In this document: in pieces, positions 1 to 8,399 of the stretch
Layout of the letters: each line of letters opens with the position of its first letter
How positions within the stretch are numbered: position 1 is the stretch's first letter
Source: Pseudomonadota bacterium
GTDB taxonomy: Bacteria; Myxococcota_A; Polyangia; Polyangiales; JAKSBK01
Direction of reading: 5' to 3'
Length of the DNA: 64,000 nt
Assembly: GCA_022361155.1 (NCBI GenBank)
Contig: JAKSBK010000527.1
Coordinates: 6,381 to 70,380, forward strand
Made by a program: the position numbers and the translations under genes
Notes under the pieces: generated by a model
The model's input: only the letters and a program-made list of their open reading frames with translations
Database searches by the model: none
What the model was told of the DNA's origin: nothing

Positions 1-11
1 CCCGGCGCCTG

Positions 12-656
12 TTGGCCATCGATGTCGGCAAGACGAAAGGCTCCCCCGCAAGCACCGGCTCCCCCGCAAGCAGTGTGCCATGGGGGAGCCATCACGACGT
101 GTTGGAGGTCGAGCGAGGCGCGACCGACGAGGAGCTGCGACGGGCCTACAAGCGCAGCCGGGAAGTGTACTCCGATGACGCGCTTTGCTGCTACGGGCTG
201 TTCCAACCGGCCGAGTTGAGATCCATGCGCACGCGCCTGGACGAGGCGTTCGACGTCTTGCTCGACAGCGCTCGTCGCCGCCCCTACGAGCTTTCTGTCT
301 TTCCTCCCGAGGCCGAGCCCACGCCGAGGGCGCGACCGAGCCGCGCGCTTCCGGAGTCGTCGACTCCAGCGCCCGAAATCACCCCTGATACCCATTTCAC
401 GGGTCCACTACTTCGGGCGGTACGCGAGTCCAAGCAAATCGAGCTCAGCGATATCGGTAAGGTAACGAAAATAAGCGTGACGCATTTGCAGTCCGTGGAG
501 GACGACGCGTTTGGGCTGCTGCCGGCCCCGGTGTACGTGCATGGCTACGTATCGGAGATGGCCAAGTGCTTGGGGTTGGATCCGCTCCAAGTTAGCCGCA
601 CCTACCTGCGTCGCTACCGCCAGTACCTGCACCAGCGAGACGCCGACCAAAGGTAG
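12..656 (+). CDS. J-domain-like / RodZ-type helix-turn-helix protein. The 5' end is uncertain: the ORF is open to the window edge, and an in-frame GTG at 75 lies just before the J-like segment.
   Basis: HDVLEVERGATDEELRRAYKRSREVY resembles J-domain helices I-II, but the HPD position reads SDD. C-terminal LRAVRESKQIELSDIGKVTKISVTHLQSVE...YVHGYVSEMAKCLGLDP resembles the RodZ/HTH_25 fold. No stop codon between window edge and 12. Confidence 0.55.
   Translation: MAIDVGKTKGSPASTGSPASSVPWGSHHDVLEVERGATDEELRRAYKRSREVYSDDALCCYGLFQPAELRSMRTRLDEAFDVLLDSARRRPYELSVFPPEAEPTPRARPSRALPESSTPAPEITPDTHFTGPLLRAVRESKQIELSDIGKVTKISVTHLQSVEDDAFGLLPAPVYVHGYVSEMAKCLGLDPLQVSRTYLRRYRQYLHQRDADQR
39..74. repeat. 18-bp tandem duplication (ggctcccccgcaagcacc / ggctcccccgcaagcagt, 16/18 identical)
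   Basis: Read directly from the sequence. If translated it encodes GSPAST-GSPASS. Confidence 0.9.
66..80 (-). promoter_or_regulatory. Perfect sigma54 -24/-12 consensus on the minus strand (TGGCAC-ACTGC-TTGC), firing towards the left window edge
   Basis: Plus strand 66-80 = gcaagcagtgtgcca, reverse complement tggcacactgcttgc. No downstream gene is visible because it would lie outside the window, and the motif overlaps the 12..656 ORF. Confidence 0.3.
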
Positions 657-672
657 CGGAGAGGACGTCGCC

Positions 673-1278
673 TTGAGCCAACAGGCCCAACCCCTGATCC
701 TGGCGTCCGGCTCGCCCCGCCGGCGGGCCATCCTGAAGCAGCTCGGCCTGCACTTCGAGGTTAGCCCGGCCCAAGTTTCGGAGAAGCGCCTGCAGTCGGA
801 GACTCCCACGGCCACGGTCCTACGCCTGGCTCGGCTCAAGGCCGAACAGGTGGCAGCCTGCCACGCGCGCTCCAAGCCCGCACCTTTTGTATTGGGAGCC
901 GATACGTTGGTCGTGCTCGGGCGAACCGTGCTGACGAAGCCACAGGACGACGGCGATGCAAACCGCATGCTGGAGCTGCTGAGCGGATCCACGCACGAGG
1001 TAGTCACCGGGCTGGCTCTTTCGAGGGCAGGCTCGGGGAGCATCGAACAGCGTGCCCTGGTGAGTCGAGTACGCTTCCGAGAGCTCAGTCCGGACTGTTT
1101 GCGCAGCTATGTCGCGTCCGGCGAGGGTCGCGACAAGGCCGGCGCCTACGGCATTCAGGGGCTCGGAGCGGGCTTCGTGCTCGAGCTTCATGGGTCGTAC
1201 ACCAACGTGGTGGGGCTGCCGGCGGCGCAGACCCTCGAGATGCTCGAGCGTCATGGGGTCGTGGCGGCGTGGCCATGA
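673..1278 (+). CDS. maf: Maf-family nucleoside triphosphate pyrophosphatase (septum formation inhibitor Maf)
   Basis: LILASGSPRRRAILKQLGL ... DKAGAYGIQG are typical Maf motifs. Start set at in-frame TTG 673 after the upstream stop; the ORF-track start at 511 would overlap the previous gene with non-homologous sequence. Confidence 0.85.
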   Translation: MSQQAQPLILASGSPRRRAILKQLGLHFEVSPAQVSEKRLQSETPTATVLRLARLKAEQVAACHARSKPAPFVLGADTLVVLGRTVLTKPQDDGDANRMLELLSGSTHEVVTGLALSRAGSGSIEQRALVSRVRFRELSPDCLRSYVASGEGRDKAGAYGIQGLGAGFVLELHGSYTNVVGLPAAQTLEMLERHGVVAAWP

Positions 1279-1967
1279 CCACTTCGCCCGCGCAAGCCAC
1301 CGGCACGCCGGCCCGTCTCGAGGCCGTGCGTGAACGCGTGCGCGCAGCTTGCGAACGGGCCGGTCGCGATCCGGAGTCGGTACGCATCGTCGCCGTGGGC
1401 AAGCGCCACCCCGCTTCTGCCATGCGCCCGGCGTACGCCGCGGGCCAGACCCTTTTTGGTGAGAACTACGTGCAGGAACTGGCCGACAAGCGTGCCGCGC
1501 TGGCTGACCTGCCAGCGTTGCGCTGGCGGCTCGTGGGCCGGCTCCAGCGCAACAAGGCGGCGCAGGTGGTTCGGCTGGGCTGTGCGGTCGATACGGTGGA
1601 TTCGGTGCGCCTGGCAGAAGCGTTACAGCGTCGGGCGGACGGGGAGGGCTCTCGGATCGAGGTCTTGGTTCAGGTCAACGTGGCTGAGGAACCTCAGAAG
1701 GCAGGCTGCGCCCCCAAGGACCTGGGCGGGCTCGTCGCTACGTTGCGACGGCTCGACGCACTCGATCTGCGGGGTTTGATGGCGCTGCCCTTGCAGGCTG
1801 CACAACCCGAGGACTCGCGCCGCTGGTTTCGTATCTTGAGGCAGCTCGCGGCGGAACATGGTCTACACGAGCTTTCCATGGGCATGAGCGCGGACCTGGA
1901 AGTAGCCATCGAGGAAGGTGCCACGATGGTGCGCGTGGGCACCGCCATCTTCGGCGCCAGACGCTAA
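1275..1967 (+). CDS. yggS: YggS-family pyridoxal-phosphate homeostasis protein
   Basis: VRIVAVGKRHP, FGENYVQE, VGRLQRNKA, MGMSADLEVAIEEGATMVRVGTAIFG. ATG 1275 overlaps the maf stop (ATGA). Confidence 0.85.
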   Translation: MTTSPAQATGTPARLEAVRERVRAACERAGRDPESVRIVAVGKRHPASAMRPAYAAGQTLFGENYVQELADKRAALADLPALRWRLVGRLQRNKAAQVVRLGCAVDTVDSVRLAEALQRRADGEGSRIEVLVQVNVAEEPQKAGCAPKDLGGLVATLRRLDALDLRGLMALPLQAAQPEDSRRWFRILRQLAAEHGLHELSMGMSADLEVAIEEGATMVRVGTAIFGARR

Positions 1968-2803
1968 CCCTTTCCTAGCGAGATCGTCGCCCGCCTGCCA
2001 AGCTCGTTGGCGCGTTGGCTCGCGCACTGCACGGCCTCGATAAAGGCGGAGCGGACCGCGCCGCGCTCCAGCATGCGCAGGCCTGCCATGGTGGTACCCG
2101 CCGGGCTGGCGACCATGTCGCGCAGCGCAGCCGGGTGCTCATCGCTTTGGTCGAGCAGTCTCGCCGTGCCAAGCACCGTCTGCACACTGAGGGTGCGAGC
2201 CACCGAGGGCGGCAGCCCGGCCTGTACACCGGCGTTCATGAGCGCCTCCAGCACCAGCAGGATGTAGGCCGGTCCCGAGCCGCTCAGGCCGGTCACCGCA
2301 TCCATGAGCGCTTCCTCCACTCGCACGGTAACGCCGACGCTCTGAAAAATCTGCTCGGCTTGTCTCAGATCCGCGTCGGTGCTGGACGTGCCCAGCGCCA
2401 GGGCCGTTGCACCGGAGCCAACCAGCGCTGGGGTGTTGGGCATCGCGCGCAGAACGCGCGTGCCGTGAGGCAGCTTCGCCTCCACCAGTGCCGTGCTGAT
2501 CCCAGCGGCCAGTGAGATCACCAGGGTGTCGGGAGCAAGCGCGCTCGCGACTGCGGGCAAGACGCTCGGCAAAACTTGAGGCTTTACGCTGAGGACGACG
2601 ATAGCCGCTCGCGACGCACCCTGCTCGTTGTCCTTGCTCGTGCGAATGCCGTGGTACTGACCAAGCTCCTGGAGGCGATCGGCTCGGAGGTCCGTCGCCA
2701 TGATATCGTTGGCCTCGTAGGTGCCGGCAGAAAGGAGCCCTCGGATGAGTGCGCCCGCCAAGCTGCCGGCACCGATGAAGCTGATATTGCCTTCGATACG
2801 CAT
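1964..2803 (-). CDS. proC: Pyrroline-5-carboxylate reductase
   Basis: ISFIGAGSLAGALIRGL Rossmann motif, MPNTPALVG, SPAGTTMAGL. Start set at ATG 2803 (MRIEGN); the longer ORF-track start at 2974 only adds an Arg/Pro-rich extension. Confidence 0.85.
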   Translation of the reverse strand: MRIEGNISFIGAGSLAGALIRGLLSAGTYEANDIMATDLRADRLQELGQYHGIRTSKDNEQGASRAAIVVLSVKPQVLPSVLPAVASALAPDTLVISLAAGISTALVEAKLPHGTRVLRAMPNTPALVGSGATALALGTSSTDADLRQAEQIFQSVGVTVRVEEALMDAVTGLSGSGPAYILLVLEALMNAGVQAGLPPSVARTLSVQTVLGTARLLDQSDEHPAALRDMVASPAGTTMAGLRMLERGAVRSAFIEAVQCASQRANELGRRATISLGKG

Positions 2804-2910
2804 GCGTTCGAGCGTAGCTCGCATCCGCCACCAACTTCGAGCCGAATCGTCCCGGGCCGGACCCGCGACGGAGCTCCGGGCCGGGTCTCTTCGGGCGTCG
2901 GGCGGCCTCT

Positions 2911-4440
2911 GTGCTACAGACAGCGTGCGCATTGGGGCTCGCGGGTGCCGCGACCACCTCTCCCATAGAGCCATCTGGATTGCACGACGCGCTCATCGAA
3001 CTGCGGAAGGAGCTCCTGCGGCTGACCGGGGCGCGGGCGCAGGCACGCCTGTGGCGCTGGCGTGGCCAACCGGATGCCGCGTGTCAGGAGCTCGGAGAGC
3101 GACTTCTAGCGTGGCTGGCCTCCGATGCGACATGGCAGAGCATCCGCGGCGCGGAAGCGCTGGCCGGCCGAGATAGCGCCGACGCACTACGGCTGCACTT
3201 GGCCTCCTCCCGTGCAAAGCTGCCTCTTGCTGGTGCGGCTGCGGCGCTGGCGTCATGGCAGTCGGGAGCGGTTGCGCCGGAGGGGAGCGTGGTTCCCGCC
3301 ACTCGCGCCATCGATCGCCTCGCCACATGCGAGTCTGCAAGGCAACGCGCGGCATTTGCAGCGGCGTTGGAACCGAGCCTGGCGGGTGTCGCAGACCGCT
3401 GGCTTGACGCGTGCATCAGCTCGGAGCTGGCGTGGAGCCAGCGCCTGCCGGGCGGACACTCCCGAAAGCTGCGTGAGCTCGCCGAGCGCGTGCTCGAGAA
3501 CACGCGACCGGAGCACGAGGAGCACCTGGCACGCCTGAAACATGCGGCGGCGCAACGCGGGGAGCTCGCGGAAGCAGGGGACCCAGCGGCACCGACGGCC
3601 TGGCAGGACCTGGTGTTCATGCTGCGCGCGCCTCACCTCGACGAGATCGTGCCGAACAAGCAGCGCTGGCGCCGGGTCGCACAGCCCTTGCTCGGTTTGG
3701 GTTTCGGATCGGAAGTGGACGCCCACCTGCGCGCCGAGCCGTCGCACGGGGGCCTCTGTCCGGTGGTCGCCCTGGCCGGCCAGGACGCTCCGCGCGAGGT
3801 TCGCGTCGCCCCGGGGGCCGTGGAGTGCGGGGCGCTCAGCGAGATGCTCGCGTGCGAAGGGCTCGCCCGGGCCCTGGGGCTGGCCCTGGTGAGTGTAGCC
3901 TTGCCGCCCGAGCTGAGGTGTCCCGCGCAGGGCTCGGTGGCGCGAGCGTTCGGCTCGCTGCTCGGCCAGCTCCACGCGGATGCGGGCTATCAGGCGAGGC
4001 GTGTCGGGCTGCACCGGCGGGCAGCAGACGAGCTCAGCCTGCACACCGGGGTGCTGTGTCTTGCGCGTATTCGGATGGCAGCGGCTAGGGTCCTGGCAAC
4101 AGCCGGGCCCGAACGCTCGCAGAGCGCGCGCCTCGAGCGAGGCACGGGCCTCGTGTCCACGGCGATGGGCTCGCGCCTGCCGCCTTCGGTGGTCGCCATG
4201 CTGCTAGGCACCCAGCAGCGTGCCGCTTTGGAGCTGCGCGTCCAGCTTGCCGGGCTGGCTCTTCACACCGGGCTTCGTGAGCGGCTGGACGAAGACTGGT
4301 ACCGCAATCCGCGCGCGCAAGAACCGCTGCGGGCGGCCTGTCAGCGGGGCGCGACGCTGTGCGCGGAGCGCTGGTGCAGCGAGTGGAACGTGACGCTTGA
4401 GGCGGGAATCGGCCGCGTGCGCGAGCTGCTGAAAGGCTAG
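2911..4440 (+). CDS. Hypothetical protein (Ala/Leu/Arg-rich, helical; no family recognised)
   Basis: 509-codon ORF divergent from proC with G/C-dominated third codon positions by eye. No motif recognised; HEEH at residues ~205 is not a zincin HExxH. Confidence 0.5.
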   Translation: MLQTACALGLAGAATTSPIEPSGLHDALIELRKELLRLTGARAQARLWRWRGQPDAACQELGERLLAWLASDATWQSIRGAEALAGRDSADALRLHLASSRAKLPLAGAAAALASWQSGAVAPEGSVVPATRAIDRLATCESARQRAAFAAALEPSLAGVADRWLDACISSELAWSQRLPGGHSRKLRELAERVLENTRPEHEEHLARLKHAAAQRGELAEAGDPAAPTAWQDLVFMLRAPHLDEIVPNKQRWRRVAQPLLGLGFGSEVDAHLRAEPSHGGLCPVVALAGQDAPREVRVAPGAVECGALSEMLACEGLARALGLALVSVALPPELRCPAQGSVARAFGSLLGQLHADAGYQARRVGLHRRAADELSLHTGVLCLARIRMAAARVLATAGPERSQSARLERGTGLVSTAMGSRLPPSVVAMLLGTQQRAALELRVQLAGLALHTGLRERLDEDWYRNPRAQEPLRAACQRGATLCAERWCSEWNVTLEAGIGRVRELLKG

Positions 4441-4462
4441 TACCCTTTGCCGCATCTTCGAT

Positions 4463-4515
4463 CCGGGTTTCTCCGCCGACCCCAGGAGGGGGTGAGGGTC
4501 GGCTCCGAAACCCGG
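4463..4515 (+). terminator. Stable GC-rich hairpin 23 nt after the stop of 2911..4440 (terminator-like, no U-tract)
   Basis: ccgggtttc/gaaacccgg (9 bp) plus gccgaccc/gggtcggc (8 bp), separated by a 3x3 internal loop, with a 13-nt apical loop. Confidence 0.35.
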
Positions 4516-4631
4516 CCTCCACCGCGCCTGCTCGGGCACCTTGTTGTTGATCCCGCGCTGCGCGCGGTCGTGCCCGCGGCCTACCCGGACGAAAGCCGGA
4601 TCGGATTCCCGGCCGCGAGCACTGGGCCCGC

Positions 4632-5987
4632 TTGACTGCGGGCAGCACCCGCCTACAGACTGCGCTGGCAGTGAATGGGCCGGACTACGAAGCACGTCGG
4701 GCGGCTTTTCTTGCAGCCATGGGGCCTGGCGTGGCCATCCTTCCTGCTGCACCCGTCGCTATCCGTAATCACGACGTGGAGCACAGCTACCGCCAGGACA
4801 GCGATCTCTATTACCTGACGGGTCTGGAGGAGCCGGACAGCCTGCTGATCTTGACCAACACCCACGCGGAGCACCGCTGCGTGCTGTTCGTTCGGCCCAG
4901 AGACCCCGAGCGAGAGACCTGGGATGGACCACGCGTGGGTGTGGAGGGCGCAAAACAGCTGCTTGGAGCCGATGAGGCCTATCCCATCGACGCGCTCTCT
5001 CAGCGACTGCCGGAGTACCTGGCCGGCAACACGCGGGCTCATTACCGGTTCGGCCCGCGTGCTGACCTGGACCGTTTGATCATCGACACGGCAAGCGCAT
5101 TGCGCAGGCGGGTCCGTACCGGTGTTGTCGCGCCGCGCCAGTTCCTGGACCCGGGGCTGATCCTGCACGAAACCCGGCTGCGCAAGAGCGAGCAGGAACT
5201 GCGGAGCATTCGCAAGGCCGTAAGCATCACGCGCGAAGCTCATGGGTGCGCCATGGCGGTCGCCCTGCCGGGTCGCTACGAGTACGAAGTGGAGGCCGAG
5301 CTGCTGCGCGTGTTTCGCGGCAACGGCAGCGAACGCCCAGCCTACGATCCCATCGTCGGCTCGGGTCCCAACGCCACCATACTGCACTATCGCAAGAACA
5401 ACCGGCGACTCGAAGACGGCGACCTCTTGTTGATCGACGCGGGCGCCGAGTACGAGTACTACGCGAGCGACATCACGCGCACGTTTCCCGTGTCTGGACG
5501 CTTCTCCGACGCCCAGCGCAGGCTCTACGAGGTCGTGCTCGAGGCGCAGCAGGCCGCGATCGACGCGGTTGCTCCAGGCCGTACGCTGCAGCAGGTTCAT
5601 GAAGCTGGCCTGCGCGTCATGGTGCAGGGGCTGCTGGGCCTCGGACTCTTGCACGGATCCGCCGATCAGGTGATCGAAGAGGAGCGCTACAAGCCCTTGT
5701 TCATGCACCGAACTTCGCATTGGTTGGGCATGGACGTGCACGATGTGGGCGACTACTTCATCGACGGCGAGCATCGTGAGCTCGAGCCTGGTTTCGTCCT
5801 GACCGTGGAGCCCGGCGTTTACGTGGCTGAGGCTGCCGAGGTTGATCCACAGTGGCGTGGGACCGGGATCCGCATCGAGGACGATGTCCTGGTCACCACC
5901 GAAGGAAATACGAACCTCAGCGCGGAGATCCCCAAGCATCCGGACGAGCTCGAACGCTTGCTCGCTAAACGGGCGCCGGTGAGGTAG
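4632..5987 (+). CDS. pepP: Xaa-Pro aminopeptidase (aminopeptidase P, M24B)
   Basis: AMP_N-like N-terminus (FRQDSDLYYLTG), HYRKNNRRLEDGDLLLIDAGAEYEYYASDITRTFP, HWLGMDVHD, VLTVEPGVY, GIRIEDDV metal-ligand blocks. Confidence 0.85.
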   Translation: MTAGSTRLQTALAVNGPDYEARRAAFLAAMGPGVAILPAAPVAIRNHDVEHSYRQDSDLYYLTGLEEPDSLLILTNTHAEHRCVLFVRPRDPERETWDGPRVGVEGAKQLLGADEAYPIDALSQRLPEYLAGNTRAHYRFGPRADLDRLIIDTASALRRRVRTGVVAPRQFLDPGLILHETRLRKSEQELRSIRKAVSITREAHGCAMAVALPGRYEYEVEAELLRVFRGNGSERPAYDPIVGSGPNATILHYRKNNRRLEDGDLLLIDAGAEYEYYASDITRTFPVSGRFSDAQRRLYEVVLEAQQAAIDAVAPGRTLQQVHEAGLRVMVQGLLGLGLLHGSADQVIEEERYKPLFMHRTSHWLGMDVHDVGDYFIDGEHRELEPGFVLTVEPGVYVAEAAEVDPQWRGTGIRIEDDVLVTTEGNTNLSAEIPKHPDELERLLAKRAPVR

Positions 5988-6007
5988 CGTTTCCCTTGGT
6001 TCCGGTG

Positions 6008-6898
6008 ATGCACATCGGAATCGATCTCGGCGGCACAAAGACCGAGATCGCGGCCTTCGATCCCAAGGGAGGCGAGCGCCTTCGGCGGCGAGCGCCAACC
6101 CCCGCCAGCGACTACAGCGCGATCGTGGATCTCGTTGCTCGGCTGGTCGACGAGGCGGAACGCGAGCTCGGGGAGGTGGCGAGCGTCGGCGTCGCCACTC
6201 CCGGTACCGTTTCACCGGCCACCGGGGTGATGAAGAACGCCAACACCCAGTGCCTGAACGGCAAGCCGCTCAAGCAAGACCTGGAGCGCGTGCTGTCGCG
6301 CCCGATCAGATTGGCCAACGATGCCAATTGCTTTGCGCTCTCCGAAGCGGTCGACGGTGCCGGTGCGGGCGCACGCGTGGTTTTCGGCGTAATTCTCGGG
6401 ACGGGCGTAGGGGGCGGCATCGTGGTGAACGGCAAGCTTGTAGTCGGGATCAACGCCATCTGTGGCGAGTGGGGGCATAACGCGCTGCCGTGGCCACGCG
6501 CCGGCGAATCTGCAGGCGAGGCCTGCTACTGCGGCTTGTCGGGCTGCATCGAGACCTTCCTCTCCGGCCCCGGAATGAGCCGGGACCATTACTCGAAAAC
6601 GCAGCAGCAGCGCTCCGCCGCAGAGATCGCCGAGCTCGCGAGACGCGGGGACGCGCACGCCAAGGCCACGCTCGGCCGCTACGAAGACCGGCTGGCGCGC
6701 GCTCTTGCGCTCGTGGTCAACATCCTGGACCCGGACGCCATCGTGCTGGGCGGTGGCCTGTCGAACATCCAGCGCCTCTATCGCGAGGTACCGCTGCTAT
6801 TGCCTCGCCATGTGTTTTCGGATCGCGTGCATACCCCCTTGCTGCCAGCCGTGCACGGCGACTCGGGCGGCGTCCGCGGCGCCGCGTGGTTGTGGTAG
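6008..6898 (+). CDS. ROK-family sugar kinase (N-acetylglucosamine kinase / fructokinase-like)
   Basis: MHIGIDLGGTKTE ATP-binding motif; CYCGLSGCIETFLSGPG zinc-cysteine ROK signature. Confidence 0.8.
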   Translation: MHIGIDLGGTKTEIAAFDPKGGERLRRRAPTPASDYSAIVDLVARLVDEAERELGEVASVGVATPGTVSPATGVMKNANTQCLNGKPLKQDLERVLSRPIRLANDANCFALSEAVDGAGAGARVVFGVILGTGVGGGIVVNGKLVVGINAICGEWGHNALPWPRAGESAGEACYCGLSGCIETFLSGPGMSRDHYSKTQQQRSAAEIAELARRGDAHAKATLGRYEDRLARALALVVNILDPDAIVLGGGLSNIQRLYREVPLLLPRHVFSDRVHTPLLPAVHGDSGGVRGAAWLW

Positions 6899-6917
6899 AG
6901 ATGCTCGCTTGCAATGC

Positions 6918-7841
6918 TCACTTGCGCAGGACGGGCGGCGCCGGCCTCTCGTTTACGTGCAGCTGGAACACATCCGGCCGGGCGTAGTGCCCCACCACAT
7001 CGAAGTCGTATTTTGCGCGTGTGATCTCCTCGAGGTCGATCGTGGCCGTGACAATGCCCTTCTTGTCGTAGAGGGGTCCGGCGAGAACCTGTCCGAGCGG
7101 GCCGATAATCGCGCTTCCACCTCGCATCAGTACCGTGTGCGGGTCGCTGCCCTGAACGGCCGGGTAGTCGTCGGGGCAGTCTCCGCGCGTGAGGTGCTGG
7201 CAACACGAGAACACAAAACAGCGACCCTCCAGGGCGATGTGGATCATGGACGAATGCCAGCTGCTGCGGTCGTCGGCGGTCGGCGCGCAGTAGAGCTCGA
7301 TGCCCTTGCCGTACATGGCCATTCGCATGAGCGGCATGTAGTTTTCCCAACAAATGACTGCGCCGAGCCGGCCCAGCGGCGTGTCGTGCACCGGCAGGGT
7401 GGAACCGTCGCCGAAACCCCAGATGATGCGCTCCATGGCGGTCGGCATCAGCTTGCGGTGCTTGCCAAGGTAGCTCCCGTCGGGGCCACAGAATACGACG
7501 GTGCAGTAAAGCGTGCCGCGCTCGCGTTCGATCACACCCACGACCAGGTGGACTGCATGATCAGCGGCGATGGCCCCAAGCCGGTCGATGTCCGGCCCGG
7601 GAATGTCGACGGCGCTCGCGTGGTAGCGCTGGAAGCAGCGCCGGCCCTCGGTGGTTCGTCCGCCTACCCGGGCACCGAAATCGAGTCCCTTCGGGTACGA
7701 GGAAACGAACGCCTCGGGGAAGATCACCAGGCTCGCCCCAAGGCGAGCGGCGCCGGCGGTGAGCTCGGCGACCTTGTCCAGTGTCCGCTCCCGGTCGAAA
7801 ACGACCGGGCTGTCTTGAATCAGGGCGGCGGTGAAGGTCAC
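6918..7841 (-). CDS. Nitrilase / cyanide hydratase family carbon-nitrogen hydrolase
   Basis: Catalytic-triad contexts FPEAF (Glu), HRKLMPT (Lys), CWENYMPL (Cys). Confidence 0.85.
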   Translation of the reverse strand: MTFTAALIQDSPVVFDRERTLDKVAELTAGAARLGASLVIFPEAFVSSYPKGLDFGARVGGRTTEGRRCFQRYHASAVDIPGPDIDRLGAIAADHAVHLVVGVIERERGTLYCTVVFCGPDGSYLGKHRKLMPTAMERIIWGFGDGSTLPVHDTPLGRLGAVICWENYMPLMRMAMYGKGIELYCAPTADDRSSWHSSMIHIALEGRCFVFSCCQHLTRGDCPDDYPAVQGSDPHTVLMRGGSAIIGPLGQVLAGPLYDKKGIVTATIDLEEITRAKYDFDVVGHYARPDVFQLHVNERPAPPVLRK

Positions 7842-7867
7842 GGTCGGGCTCCTGGCTGGCCGTTGTA

Positions 7868-8344
7868 CTAGTATGGTTGCTTATCGTCCTTGGCCCGCCA
7901 GGCCTCAAACGGTTCGAGACTGCCGGCCACGCTCAATTGCACCAGCTTGAGGCGTCGCTCTTCGGGTTGCCTGTCGAGCTCCTGGTAGATCAGACCGTCG
8001 TCGAAGCCTGCATCTGCGGCATCCAGTCGCGAGCTCGCGTAGTACACCCGGTCGACGCGGGCCCAGTACATGGCGCTCAGGCACATGGGACACGGCTCGC
8101 AGCTAGCGTAGACGCTGCATCCGTCCAGCCGGAAGCTGCCGAGCAGGGCGCAGGCCTCGCGCAGCGCCATGATCTCTGCGTGAGCGGTGGGGTCGCTACG
8201 CTGCGTGACCTGATTGTGCGCCGAGGCCAACAAGCGATCGCCACGCACCACCAACGCGCCAAAGGGCCCGCCTCCATGCTCAACCGCTCCGCAGGCTAGC
8301 ACGACCGCTTGTTTCAGCCGTTCATGATGCTGTGACGCGTCCAT
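7868..8344 (-). CDS. CDA-fold nucleoside/nucleobase deaminase, guanine-deaminase-like
   Basis: PFGALVV, DPTAHAE, CEPCPMCLSAMYWA zinc motif, C-terminal GFDDGLIYQE as in Bacillus-type guanine deaminase. Confidence 0.75.
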   Translation of the reverse strand: MDASQHHERLKQAVVLACGAVEHGGGPFGALVVRGDRLLASAHNQVTQRSDPTAHAEIMALREACALLGSFRLDGCSVYASCEPCPMCLSAMYWARVDRVYYASSRLDAADAGFDDGLIYQELDRQPEERRLKLVQLSVAGSLEPFEAWRAKDDKQPY

Positions 8345-8399
8345 GAGGCTACGAGTATCGGGGATCCACCGGCCCTCGGCAAAACCGATCGGACCGAGC

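Noticed and set aside
4653-6215. 520-aa minus-strand ORF antisense to pepP. Similar long antisense or out-of-frame ORFs include 15477..16550, 19117..20598, 26404..27948, 27962..29599, 31489..32703, 33918..35186, 35538..36695, 37181..38230, 38372..39370, 39416..40621, 40888..41895, 42537..44432, 47837..48955, 50434..51393, 55032..55994, 57067..58539 and 62455..63480.
   Set aside because: These are classic high-GC shadow ORFs. They are Arg/Pro/Ala/Gly-rich and low in complexity, with no recognisable motifs. Each lies opposite a gene with strong family signatures.
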